DNA from: Verrucomicrobiota bacterium
GTDB lineage: Bacteria > Verrucomicrobiota > Verrucomicrobiia > Limisphaerales > UBA11358
Direction of reading: 5' to 3'
Length of the DNA stretch: 64,000 bases
NCBI GenBank assembly: GCA_050008355.1
Contig: JBEKMT010000008.1
Coordinates: 3,568-67,567 of the forward strand
Shown here: positions 10,895 to 20,089 of the stretch, one piece after another
Layout of the letters: every line of letters begins with the position of its first letter
Numbering within the stretch: position 1 is the stretch's first letter
Notes under the pieces: model-generated
Databases searched by the model: none
Told to the model about the DNA's origin: nothing
Seen by the model: only the letters and a program-made list of their open reading frames with translations
Made by a program: the position numbers and the translations under genes

Positions 10895-11509
10895 TTGAGA
10901 AACCAGAATGTCACCTTTACTCTGGTGGCTTCCACGAATGGGTCGCCACTGCATTATGAGTGGCAGTTTAACGTCACCAACCTCAATGGTGTTCAGGCTA
11001 ACCAACTTTCAAACCAAAGGATCTGCCTGACCGCGTTTAATCGGCAAATCATTAACGGGCATGAACAACGCTACGACATGTCCTGTATTCCCAGTTCGCT
11101 GGAGATGGTTCTAAAGCTATTGGGTCGTGAACCGGAATCCTATTACGATCTGCAGGATGCCTGGAAGAATAAGTCGGACGGCACCTTCGGAGACTTTGAG
11201 ATCAAGACAATCAAGGGAGTGACTTTTCACCGGCAATTTGGAATGCCTCGTGGCGGGCAATTCCCCTTGTCAGATCTGTTCGCGACCATCGATCGTGAAC
11301 TCAAAGCCGGCCGGTATGTAATCGTGTCGCTCACCTCAAATCCGGGCTGGCATATGTATGTGATTTACTATGAGGACGGGGACGGAGATGTTCTGGCGGT
11401 TTCCAAAATTCGAAAAGAAACGATCGCGGCAGATCACGTCAAGAAGATCATCAAGGGAATGAATGGAACCGATATTATGACATATGAACTGGGCGCTGAA
11501 TCGGATTGA
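10895..11509 (+). CDS. C39-like (papain-fold) cysteine peptidase domain protein with N-terminal Ig-domain fragment
   Basis: YDMSCIPSSLEMVLKLLG resembles the Peptidase_C39_2 catalytic-Cys motif (CGPTSLAMVL.Y.G). GWHMYVIYYEDGD fits the catalytic His strand. The N-terminal NVTFTLVASTNGSPLHYEWQFNVTNLNGV is half of an Ig-like repeat. The listed start is TTG, so the true start is uncertain. Confidence 0.6.
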   Translation: MRNQNVTFTLVASTNGSPLHYEWQFNVTNLNGVQANQLSNQRICLTAFNRQIINGHEQRYDMSCIPSSLEMVLKLLGREPESYYDLQDAWKNKSDGTFGDFEIKTIKGVTFHRQFGMPRGGQFPLSDLFATIDRELKAGRYVIVSLTSNPGWHMYVIYYEDGDGDVLAVSKIRKETIAADHVKKIIKGMNGTDIMTYELGAESD

Positions 11510-11512
11510 ACC

Positions 11513-11534
11513 CCCCGCAGTAATTGCGGGGTTT
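11513..11534. terminator. Hairpin between the convergent peptidase and PI-PLC genes
   Basis: ccccgca (11513-11519) pairs with tgcgggg (11525-11531) across a 5-nt loop and is followed by ttt. It lies 4 nt after the peptidase stop. Confidence 0.5.
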
Positions 11535-11598
11535 AGCGGGGAGTTCAATGCGCCCGCCAACAAGGACATGTGGCGTGGACAAACTTGTTCCTGAAAAA

Positions 11599-12540
11599 CT
11601 ATTCATTCACCGCGATAATCTTCGCGCACTTCGATGAATCGGCGAAATCCAGGATGATGACTCCGTAACGCCCGGGCGGCGCATTCTCAAAGTACGTCGC
11701 AAGGGAGGGGGTCACAGCATGTTCGACTTCGCGGATGTCGGGGATGTTAAAGATTGTCTTCCTGACGTATCCGCTCGTGAAATCGAGGTAAAGTACATCA
11801 GGTTTACCGGCAAATGCCTCCAGGAGCAGTTCTTGAACCGCCGGCCACTTCTCGGTCTTGTTGTCCAGCTCATATTTGTCCTGCACGTGAATCTCCACGG
11901 GCCCTTTAATTTGAAATGATTGGCTGTCCTTCCAATCGCCGGGCGCGGCGGCAATTCCTCTCGGTAGTTTTGAAACATCAAACCGGCGGAATAAGACGAT
12001 TTTGCCTCTTGATTCGTCCAGGGTTGGAAGCGTGTCATTCAGTAGCCACGCGTTGGTATTCCTTGATATGTATGAGTCGAATATCGCCTCGAAAGTTTTG
12101 TTGTCATCCTGGGCGTGTTCCTTCTTCACACTCATGATTATCGTTTCACCCTTGTGGGACTTGAGAAAGGAGACGCAATCGTCAAGGACTGAATCGAACG
12201 ACACCTGCTGGTCTACGCTGCCGTGATAAATTTCAAAGCCGCCGTCGTGGATGACGCAACGGATATCGAGAAAGCGAACTCCAATGTTCAGTTGCGAGGC
12301 AATGGGGATCGCCTGGCATTGTGCGGTTCCTGTTATTGGTCCGAACGGACCCTCGGCCTCATGAAGAGCTCCCGAGTCGTGAGTGCCTGGAATTGTAAAT
12401 TCGCTCAGCCGCTTTTTCCCGTCCAGAAGTCCCATCCAATTAGCGTAATCTGCCGCGACTCCTGATTCAGTCGCGACCAAGAGAAACGCCGTGAAAGCAA
12501 TGGTGTAAACGATCAATGATTTCATAAACGCGGATTCCAT
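11599..12540 (-). CDS. Secreted phosphatidylinositol-specific phospholipase C (PI-PLC X-domain)
   Basis: IPGTHDSGA ... QLNIGVRFLDIRC ... EIYHG matches the bacterial PI-PLC catalytic-His signature. The signal-peptide-like MKSLIVYTIAFTAFLLVATESGVAA argues for a start at 12540 or 12525 rather than the 12636 in the ORF track. Confidence 0.8.
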   Translation of the reverse strand: MESAFMKSLIVYTIAFTAFLLVATESGVAADYANWMGLLDGKKRLSEFTIPGTHDSGALHEAEGPFGPITGTAQCQAIPIASQLNIGVRFLDIRCVIHDGGFEIYHGSVDQQVSFDSVLDDCVSFLKSHKGETIIMSVKKEHAQDDNKTFEAIFDSYISRNTNAWLLNDTLPTLDESRGKIVLFRRFDVSKLPRGIAAAPGDWKDSQSFQIKGPVEIHVQDKYELDNKTEKWPAVQELLLEAFAGKPDVLYLDFTSGYVRKTIFNIPDIREVEHAVTPSLATYFENAPPGRYGVIILDFADSSKCAKIIAVNE

Positions 12541-12879
12541 GGCCGGATCGAAGATCCAAGGATACTTCTGCTTCGGGATTCGCTGGAATTGATTTCTTCG
12601 CCATTGTAGCGTCGCACTTCGGTCTAATGGTTCCAATATGACTGGTATATTCGTAGGAACTCAATCCGGGATTTTCAATCCGGGATTTCACTTTTGATTT
12701 GTCGGTCCCGACCTGAATGGCCTGATTTTACCACCATTGGTTGATTTTCTTCCCAACGCACCGATTTGCAAGCAAACTCGGAGACCCTAAGCACAGACAG
12801 GATGGTCGCCGGGCACCGTGCAATAATAAACTGAGCAGATTTTTCCAGATAAATCCCGATGCAACCCTGCCCGCTCATT

Positions 12880-15800
12880 TCACTGCGTTGAAACACGGAT
12901 ATACCCCTGCTGCGAGGAGCCAAAGACCGAGAGCGGAACTGAAATGGTTTGGATCGTGCCATCGCCCGAAACGGTCGAATTGGTCTCCCAATTGCCGCTG
13001 ACGAGATTGGTCTGGTACAGAATGTTGTAGCTGAACCCGCCTTGCGACAGGAATTGGAACTGAAAACTCGTTCCGTTTTCCTGCGGTGCCAAAAGTTGAA
13101 CAGGCAAACCGACCGGACTAGAATCCGTGATTTTGGCCAGCAGCCCGCCCTGATTCCAAATCAGGCTGGTGCTGCCGCCAGCGACAGCGCCGATCGTTTG
13201 CGAATCACTGAAAACCAGATTGGTGTCAAACTGCGCCGGGACCGAATTAAGAATCCTCAGGAAACCGTCCGCCCAAACGCCATCGACGGCTAGAGCGATG
13301 CCGCGGAAGTTGGCATAATCAGAGGAAACGCCATCGCGCGCCCAGAGCACATTCCCGTCGTTGTCGAATTTGGCGATGAAAGGCTGGGTGAAATTCAGCG
13401 GACCGAGATCGTTGGTGCCGTTCACCGGAGCAGCAATGATGTCGCTGCCGAATTGGGTGTAATCGTTGAAATCACCGCAAACATAAACGCCGGAATCATT
13501 GGCCGCCGATGCCCGGATCGTGGTGGTCGGATTGCCAAACGCAACCGCGGTTTGCGGGTTGCCATCGGTATCATAACGCACAACGTATTGGCCTCTCCCG
13601 GGCAGCGAGACCGCGAGATCACCAAACACAGCCGATGTTCCAAAGGCGTTGCCCGTGATAAACACATTCGTTCCCGAGGCAGAAACGAAAGGCTCATCCG
13701 CAATCAGGCCGTTGGTATTCGCGGCGAACACTTCCCCCACCCCGCTCAACCACTGCGCCTGCCCGGTGTCGGCGCTCAAACACGCGACCGCCCAAGCCCG
13801 GTCGGTCACGTTTGAAAGGCCGCCGACGCTCACGTTGGTGACGCCGCCGGAAACGGCAGCCTGGATACTAACATAAAGTTGCCCGTTGCCGTACGCCAGA
13901 CCTCGTGCGTAATCCGGCACGGTCTGCGCCCAGCGCACCGCACCGTTTGTGTCGAATTGAATCAGGAAACCAGCGCCGCCAGTCGCCGAAAGATTTGTCC
14001 CGCCAAAACTCGCGGTTCCTGAGAAGTCACCCGCCAGAGTCACGTTGCCGCAACTATCCGCCGCCAGCATACCATAATTCATGGCGACCGCATTGCTTCC
14101 GCTCATGATCTGTGACCAGACGTTACTGCCGTTGGCGTCAAAGCGAGAAAGGACGATCGAGGATCCGGCAACGTCTACGAATTGGTTGGTGCCAAGCCAG
14201 TTGGTGCCCGAAATAATGGAAGCCAGATAGGCGCCCTCGCCCGGTGCCGGGGCCACGGCAACACCATAGCTTGAACTATCCGTGGCGTCGTTGGTCAGAC
14301 CGACGGCCCAAAGCGGTGCGCCATTGAAAGCGTACTTCACCAGTGCGGCTCCACCACCATTCCCGACCGACGTAAGAACATTCTCGACCAAACCATTGGT
14401 GAGAACATCCATGTCACCGATATACTCAGCGGCGGCGTAAACATCTCCCGCCGGATCTACCGCGCAACCCAGATAACAATCCTTGGTCACGGTGGCGGGA
14501 TCCATGCCGGCAAAAGGTGATTTTGAAGCATACGACCATTGTGGCGGGAGCGATGAAGAAACAAAACTCACCAGCGCCGTCGTCGTATTCACTGAACCAC
14601 CCGTAGTGCTCGCTACTGCATAATAACTTCCGGCCGCATTCGTGGTGCCGGAATCAGGGGGAATATAAAAACTGTTTGTCGCGGCAGAAATCGGCGAGGA
14701 ATCACCTGCTTCGAACCATTGCCACGTGACGGGGAGGCCAAATGCGTTCGTCGCCGCCGCCAATAATGCCACACCATAACCAGGATAGTTGGTCTGGGCG
14801 AATGGATTCAAAGTAATGACTGGCGCCGTGTTTTGCAAATAGTTCACCTGGTCCAGAAATGCAGCCTCCGTGGGATCGGTATCCCCGCCGGCAAATGAAG
14901 TCCAAGTCAAGGTATGCTGGCCGGTCGGGATGGTGAAGGGTCCGTCCTGGTACCAGAGGGTATCGCCGCTGATTTCGTCGGAGTCCGCTCCATCCACGGC
15001 GAATACGCAATTGAATCCCTGGTTCGGGTCATTCGCAATGCTCGACCAACAAAACGTCAAGGTCCCCGGCCCGACGATGGTCACTGAAAGCGTTGAAGAT
15101 TGGCTGCCGCTGATGCTACCACTTTGCGCGGCCGGCTCGCTTCCCAAAGTATTTGTTGTTTCGGTAAACCAGCTTGAGCCACCACTGGTCACCCAGTCCA
15201 AATTGGTTGTACCCAGCGAGGCGTTGAAATCTGGTATTGGGGCGGCCACATTCGGCACGGTGACGCCAGGATTATTATATAACTCCGCCACGTCCCCATC
15301 GTCCAGCAGACCGGAATAGATTTGCAAGTCGTCCAGCAGGCCGGTGTAGCTGGATTCCGTAGTACCCCCGATCGAAATGAAATCATCATTCCCGTTGAGC
15401 GGATCCGTGCTGCCAAACGCGGAAGATTCCAAATTACCATCCACGTAGAGTCGCATTTCACCGTTGGCCTGATTGCGAGAGACCGTGAGCAAATGATATG
15501 TGCCGTCATTCACACTGGTAAGCGAATGTATCGTGGTGAAATTGCCCTGGTGATCCCGGGTGGTGAAGGCCGCCTTGCTCCCGGTGATAGACAGCGGGAT
15601 CGTGTCGTTGGTGGCGCCGTGCTCGTTGAACGCCCAATAAATGGTCGCACCCAGAGACGCGTCGTCGCCATCAGCACCGACGGCGTTGGTGGTGTTGACC
15701 CAGCCGGAAAAGGTGAAATTCCCCGCCAATACGCCGTCAATGTTCGTCAACACTTGGCCTTCAGGCGTGAGGCAACTTGTCCCGAAAAACTCGACGGCTC

Positions 15801-16761
15801 CCGGACCTGCCTCGGCATTGGTGCTGAACAACTGCGCCGGCCCCCACCAGCTTTCGCCGTCCATGTTGTTGCCGTTGGTGGAGCTGTCCTGGCCAAGGTA
15901 CCCGCTGTTATCAAACGTGTAGTCTGCCACCAGGGTATGCACGGCTGCCAAATTGGTTTGAGGTTGAGGTCCGACCGTAAAAAGTACGTTTTCGTCAAAC
16001 GAATCCTCCATATGCGCAGTGGAGGTCCAGGCTGAGATGGGTTGGTCAGCGGCGTTGACGGGTGTGGAAGCGAGAACCGCGGCGGTGGCGTTGCTGCTGT
16101 AATCCACAAAGTAATCATTCGTCCCGTCAGGAAGCACAAGCGGACATGGCCAGGAAGTCTGGTCGGGCGCCAAATCCGTCACCGATTCAAAGTGGAACTC
16201 CCCGTTGGCATCCACGAATGATTCACTGACGCTCAGCGTACCGGCCCAGTTTGTCGGGCCGACCCATTGGAACACGGGTTGGTTGCCAACAAACATGGAT
16301 CCGTTGTCGGGAAAGACCGGGGCCGCCAGTGGACCGAAAACGTCGCTGGTGATGCCGGAAACGGTGACCGCGAAGGTGTATAGGTTGGTAGAGGTGTCAC
16401 TGGTCACGCTAATCGACCATTCACCATTGGTAATACCATACATAAACGAACCGAAATCGGAGTAGAAACTTGAGTAGCCGGTCACGAAACTCAGAGTGTC
16501 GTTCGTCGCAAAATATTCGAGCTCCGATCCACTGCCGGGCATTTCCGGTGAGGCAACCGTGTAGTATCCGTCCGGAAAGGCCGGACTGTTGTTGTCCGGA
16601 TTCAAGTATGCATAACAAGAATAACCCAAGCTGTTTTCATAGAGATGGACGTCGACCGTCAGACCAGCCCGGGTAGTGGGCGATCCCCAAAAACAAAATG
16701 CAACGAGGATGAAACCAAGCCGCAACACACCTGCGGCCGGAAAAATGGCTGAATGCTTCAT
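12880..16761 (-). CDS. Very large secreted protein: LamG/concanavalin-like lectin domain, Ig-like domain, SBBP-like beta-propeller repeats, C-terminal FYRV-like module
   Basis: The probable start is M43 (MKHSAIFPAAGVLRLGFILVAFCFWGSPTTRA; cat at 16759-16761). LamG-type sequence: LTVSRNQANGEMRLYVDGNLESS...LDDLQIYSG. Ig-like sequence: PVTWQWFEAG. Repeats: FDANGSNVWSQ, FDTNGAVRWAQ, YDTDGNPQTAVAF and FDNDGNVLWARD. The tail is ...YQTNLVSGNWE...QQGYIRVSTQ. Confidence 0.85.
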   Translation of the reverse strand: MKHSAIFPAAGVLRLGFILVAFCFWGSPTTRAGLTVDVHLYENSLGYSCYAYLNPDNNSPAFPDGYYTVASPEMPGSGSELEYFATNDTLSFVTGYSSFYSDFGSFMYGITNGEWSISVTSDTSTNLYTFAVTVSGITSDVFGPLAAPVFPDNGSMFVGNQPVFQWVGPTNWAGTLSVSESFVDANGEFHFESVTDLAPDQTSWPCPLVLPDGTNDYFVDYSSNATAAVLASTPVNAADQPISAWTSTAHMEDSFDENVLFTVGPQPQTNLAAVHTLVADYTFDNSGYLGQDSSTNGNNMDGESWWGPAQLFSTNAEAGPGAVEFFGTSCLTPEGQVLTNIDGVLAGNFTFSGWVNTTNAVGADGDDASLGATIYWAFNEHGATNDTIPLSITGSKAAFTTRDHQGNFTTIHSLTSVNDGTYHLLTVSRNQANGEMRLYVDGNLESSAFGSTDPLNGNDDFISIGGTTESSYTGLLDDLQIYSGLLDDGDVAELYNNPGVTVPNVAAPIPDFNASLGTTNLDWVTSGGSSWFTETTNTLGSEPAAQSGSISGSQSSTLSVTIVGPGTLTFCWSSIANDPNQGFNCVFAVDGADSDEISGDTLWYQDGPFTIPTGQHTLTWTSFAGGDTDPTEAAFLDQVNYLQNTAPVITLNPFAQTNYPGYGVALLAAATNAFGLPVTWQWFEAGDSSPISAATNSFYIPPDSGTTNAAGSYYAVASTTGGSVNTTTALVSFVSSSLPPQWSYASKSPFAGMDPATVTKDCYLGCAVDPAGDVYAAAEYIGDMDVLTNGLVENVLTSVGNGGGAALVKYAFNGAPLWAVGLTNDATDSSSYGVAVAPAPGEGAYLASIISGTNWLGTNQFVDVAGSSIVLSRFDANGSNVWSQIMSGSNAVAMNYGMLAADSCGNVTLAGDFSGTASFGGTNLSATGGAGFLIQFDTNGAVRWAQTVPDYARGLAYGNGQLYVSIQAAVSGGVTNVSVGGLSNVTDRAWAVACLSADTGQAQWLSGVGEVFAANTNGLIADEPFVSASGTNVFITGNAFGTSAVFGDLAVSLPGRGQYVVRYDTDGNPQTAVAFGNPTTTIRASAANDSGVYVCGDFNDYTQFGSDIIAAPVNGTNDLGPLNFTQPFIAKFDNDGNVLWARDGVSSDYANFRGIALAVDGVWADGFLRILNSVPAQFDTNLVFSDSQTIGAVAGGSTSLIWNQGGLLAKITDSSPVGLPVQLLAPQENGTSFQFQFLSQGGFSYNILYQTNLVSGNWETNSTVSGDGTIQTISVPLSVFGSSQQGYIRVSTQ

Positions 16762-17013
16762 GAAGAGTGAAAATCCCGAATGTTTGTAAGTGTTTCTTAT
16801 AAGCCAGCACAGCGTTACCACTTGCACAGCATATGGTTGCACGGTCGGCTTGCAGCGGATTACACTTGAACACGTCGAAAATTGCAAACCAAATTTTTCA
16901 AATGAAATTGGATCTGGAGAGGGGTAATTCGCTCCCGCTTATTTGCAAATATCCGCGAGGGGATTCACACGCCATGTATCAGCATAAAGACTGGTACTGT
17001 CGGATCGTGGCGC

Positions 17014-17523
17014 TCAGCGGTTCTCCATGATCAACAGCAGCCAGGCGTTACTGCTGGCCCGAACCAGCAGGATGGCGATCACGGGCACCGTGCAATAATA
17101 CAGTGACCACGGCTTTTCCAAATAAATCCCGATTCCCGAGGCAGCCAGACCCGCAATGGTGAAGGCTGGCAATAGATACTCCATCAACCAACCGCCGGTC
17201 GCCATTGGCTGACCACCACGGAAATGCTTCATGACTTGGACCGCCAACCGCCGCAGCCGGAAGGCGGCGAGTCCGAGTAATTCGATCGCCAACGCCCGGC
17301 TGCCTTCCTCCGGGATGAGAAAAAAGAGGGCAATGAGCAGCACAATGATGAAATCCGAGAAGCTGCGCTGGGCGATCCGTAACAAAACGCGGTTCGCCTC
17401 CGCGGTGATTTTTTCGCGGTTGATCGACAGGGATACGAACAGCAGGCCAACCAGGGTGGCCGCCACCGTCGCCACGGTGGTGAAGAAAGTCTGCCACTGC
17501 ACAATTTGTTGTTCAAAGGTCAC
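17014..17523 (-). CDS. Integral membrane protein (hypothetical, 4-5 TM)
   Basis: 169 aa with repeated hydrophobic helices (TTVATVAATLVGLLFVSL, FIIVLLIALFFLI, LLPAFTIAGLAASGIGIYL, VPVIAILLV). I recognise no family. Confidence 0.6.
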   Translation of the reverse strand: MTFEQQIVQWQTFFTTVATVAATLVGLLFVSLSINREKITAEANRVLLRIAQRSFSDFIIVLLIALFFLIPEEGSRALAIELLGLAAFRLRRLAVQVMKHFRGGQPMATGGWLMEYLLPAFTIAGLAASGIGIYLEKPWSLYYCTVPVIAILLVRASSNAWLLLIMENR

Positions 17524-17576
17524 GGGGATTGGATCTTAGGTTTGGCAGCAACGGCAACAACTCCAGGGTTCGGCAT

Positions 17577-18053
17577 TCAAGGTTTCGGCATTACGCCGTA
17601 ATTCATCGCCGACCGTTCCAGTTTCTCCCGCGCGGCATCGGTTTGGTCCAGGGCATTGAGCAGGTATTGTCCCAACGCAGGGCTGGCGGCGGCAACTTTG
17701 ATGAGCTCGGGCAGATTGGTCACCGGTTTACCCGCCGCTGCCGCAATGAGAGCGACGCGCTCCGCTCGGCGATGCAGGTTGCGGACTTGAACCAGATAAT
17801 CGAACCAGGCCGACCGGAAATGCGCCGGACAGCCTTGCACATCAATCGCCTCAAGGTCGGCAATTTGCTGGTCGCTCAACAGACTGGCCCGCAATCCCTT
17901 CGTTTCGCTTTGGGCAATTTGCGTAAAGACCGCCTGAATCGAAGCCTGTTCTGAGTTGGGTGCACGGTTCGGAAGGCCGGCACATCCGGCCAACAGAATA
18001 GTGCATGCGGTGAGCCGGAGTAAGATGGATTGGCGCAGGTTCGCATTTTTCAT
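17577..18053 (-). CDS. Lipoprotein (hypothetical)
   Basis: The internal Met at 18053 gives MKNANLRQSILLRLTACTILLAGCAG, which has a lipobox (L-A-G-C). The remainder is a helical soluble domain. It lies 53 nt upstream of the membrane protein on the same strand. Confidence 0.6.
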   Translation of the reverse strand: MKNANLRQSILLRLTACTILLAGCAGLPNRAPNSEQASIQAVFTQIAQSETKGLRASLLSDQQIADLEAIDVQGCPAHFRSAWFDYLVQVRNLHRRAERVALIAAAAGKPVTNLPELIKVAAASPALGQYLLNALDQTDAAREKLERSAMNYGVMPKP

Positions 18054-18375
18054 GTGATTAAGTTTGTTCTCGGTTGGGCATGATGCGCTTGCCACCACGC
18101 GAGAACCGGTGACTCCCTTTCCAAGGCTTCGTTTATGGACAAGATTATTTTTAACAGAGTTGCCCGGCTCGTCCACGCCAAAATGATGAGCGGGATGGAT
18201 GTTCGCGATGGCCGGATAGCGGTTGCGGCGGGGTACAGAAGGTTGTTCCGAGCCATTTTAAAGGCCATTTTGGATACGAATCGGCTAGGCTCTGCAAATC
18301 GTGTTTGCGCCGACTGAAGACCGGGTTCAATATATGAACCGCTATTCGGTGGTTACAGGTTTGGCGGTATGACAC

Positions 18376-18594
18376 ATGATTGAGGCTCAGTTTATGAATA
18401 CTGAAAACAGGCTGGTTCAAGAGCTCAATAAATTCCGGGAGCGGTTCAAGTATAAGGATGTCGGCGGTGGTTATTTTAGGGATAAGACCGTTTCAATGGG
18501 AATTAGTGCTGACATGAAACATGGAGATGAGATCATCGGCAAGTTCTGTGATGATTTTGTCAAATACTTGTCTCAAGCATCTTCCAATGACTAA
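18376..18594 (+). CDS. Small hypothetical protein (72 aa)
   Basis: It is an ATG-initiated ORF in a visibly AT-richer stretch. The composition is plausibly globular (KFRERFKYKDVGGGYFRDK...). I recognise no family. Confidence 0.3.
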   Translation: MIEAQFMNTENRLVQELNKFRERFKYKDVGGGYFRDKTVSMGISADMKHGDEIIGKFCDDFVKYLSQASSND

Positions 18595-18796
18595 AGGACT
18601 TTTTAGCCGCGTGAACCTACCGCCGCCCGCGAAATTCGTGCTTTTTCAATATCTTGAATTCCCTGAACCGGTTTCGGATTTTGTTTGCCGCAGAGCGGGC
18701 AAAAGCTAAAGCTCCCCACACACCGAAAATTCAATGCGACAATCAGACCGCCGTTCGGAACAAGAAATAGCTCTTGATTCACCAGATCGCGGCCGG

Positions 18797-19804
18797 CTAC
18801 TGGCTTTGAAGCCCTAGTTTTTGGCGAAGCCAGTTCGCAAAATCATCGGCCTTAAGCTTGTCCGACCAGTCTGCAAGTTTAGATTCCACGGGCTGCCCCC
18901 CACGCAATCGCAATGTTGGAGCGTAAGTGAAGGAAATTCCGCCTTTACTATTGTGATGGACGATTTGTTCAACCATGAGGCTTTCGATGTCCACGACGTT
19001 CACCGTCACCCGCTCCTTGCGGCCGAAGGTCAATGGCAGTTCAAGCGAGCGACTGGATTCGTTGATAACCAGATCGTCAATGCCGGAACGGATTTTCATC
19101 CGCTGCCAGCAATACGCGCCTCCTCCGCCCAGATAAACTGCGGTGATGGTTGAGAGAACCTCCGGAATGGAAGGTCTCATCTGCGTGCCGAATCCGAGGA
19201 TGAACATCGAGGCAAAACCAAGGCCAGCCGTAGTCGCCAGCCACCAAACCACCGCCCCGGACTGCGGCAGCCGCACGCGCGTATACATTCCCTCCGTAAC
19301 GATCTCCACTCCCCCGGCCGGGGGTCGGAAAAGTCTTTCCCGCAGCCAGCTCCAAGTCCAGATGACCAAACCGAGCGTCACCACGTTGAACGGAGTCAAA
19401 AACAGGACCAGCAGAAAATCGTAGCCTTCCAGCTGGTTGAACAGTACGGCATCCTGCGGATTTTCGGGATTATAAAAAACCGGCACGGCGGATCCGGCGG
19501 GATGTTCGTCTACCACGCCATCGGCGGCGGCCCGGCTGGAGGAGGAAATTGAATTGTATCGCATCCGTTTGCCAATGAAAGACTGCCCGCCGACCTCATA
19601 CCGATAATTGATTACCGGCTCATAACTGATTCCGCCCTTGGAACCTTGGTGGGATTTAACCTCACTACGGGTGACCGTGCCGGCCACCCTCAAATAATTA
19701 GCCGCTGCCGCCTGTTTGAAAAGGTTGTGAAGCGTGAACCCGTCAAACGTCAGCACGATGCCGGACCAGAACAACGTAAAGAAAATCAAGAACGCGCTCT
19801 GCAT
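18797..19804 (-). CDS. DUF3592-type membrane protein
   Basis: After an N-terminal TM helix comes GTVTRSEVKSHQGSKGGISYEPVINYRYEVGGQSFIGKRM...HPAGSAVPVFYNPENPQDAVL. This is the DUF3592 pattern (G.V......Y.P.v.Y.Y.v.G..Y.......G..v.V.YdP..P..a.l). More TM helices and a soluble tail follow. Confidence 0.7.
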   Translation of the reverse strand: MQSAFLIFFTLFWSGIVLTFDGFTLHNLFKQAAAANYLRVAGTVTRSEVKSHQGSKGGISYEPVINYRYEVGGQSFIGKRMRYNSISSSSRAAADGVVDEHPAGSAVPVFYNPENPQDAVLFNQLEGYDFLLVLFLTPFNVVTLGLVIWTWSWLRERLFRPPAGGVEIVTEGMYTRVRLPQSGAVVWWLATTAGLGFASMFILGFGTQMRPSIPEVLSTITAVYLGGGGAYCWQRMKIRSGIDDLVINESSRSLELPLTFGRKERVTVNVVDIESLMVEQIVHHNSKGGISFTYAPTLRLRGGQPVESKLADWSDKLKADDFANWLRQKLGLQSQ

Positions 19805-20089
19805 GGAGGGGAAATTATAATGGAGGAAAAGTCAGGTCTATTCCAATTTTGAGTTATGTTTGGAACAGTCTGAACAACTGCCTGGTACCGACTGACTACA
19901 TGGATATTCGCGCCGCCTTTATTTCTTCAATTAATGATGTTTTAGGAGCATGCCACCCCAGGAGGAACTTTTTCGTTTTTAACTTGGAAGCTGCAATGAT
20001 GGCGCTTGGGCGAAGCTGGATGTCGGGCGTCAACGAGTTTACACCCGCGGCGTGGGCTCGCGCAAACAACAATTCTCTGTGAGGCTGGT

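Noticed and set aside
10654-10935. A 93-aa minus-strand ORF between the GNAT and peptidase genes.
   Set aside because: Its N-terminal part is antisense to the Ig-like fragment on the plus strand. It has no motifs and no plausible start context, so it is likely non-coding.
19849-20082. A 77-aa plus-strand ORF in the spacer between the DUF3592 gene and the kinase gene.
   Set aside because: It has no recognisable motif or start context and an unremarkable composition. I cannot distinguish it from a chance ORF without expression or conservation data.
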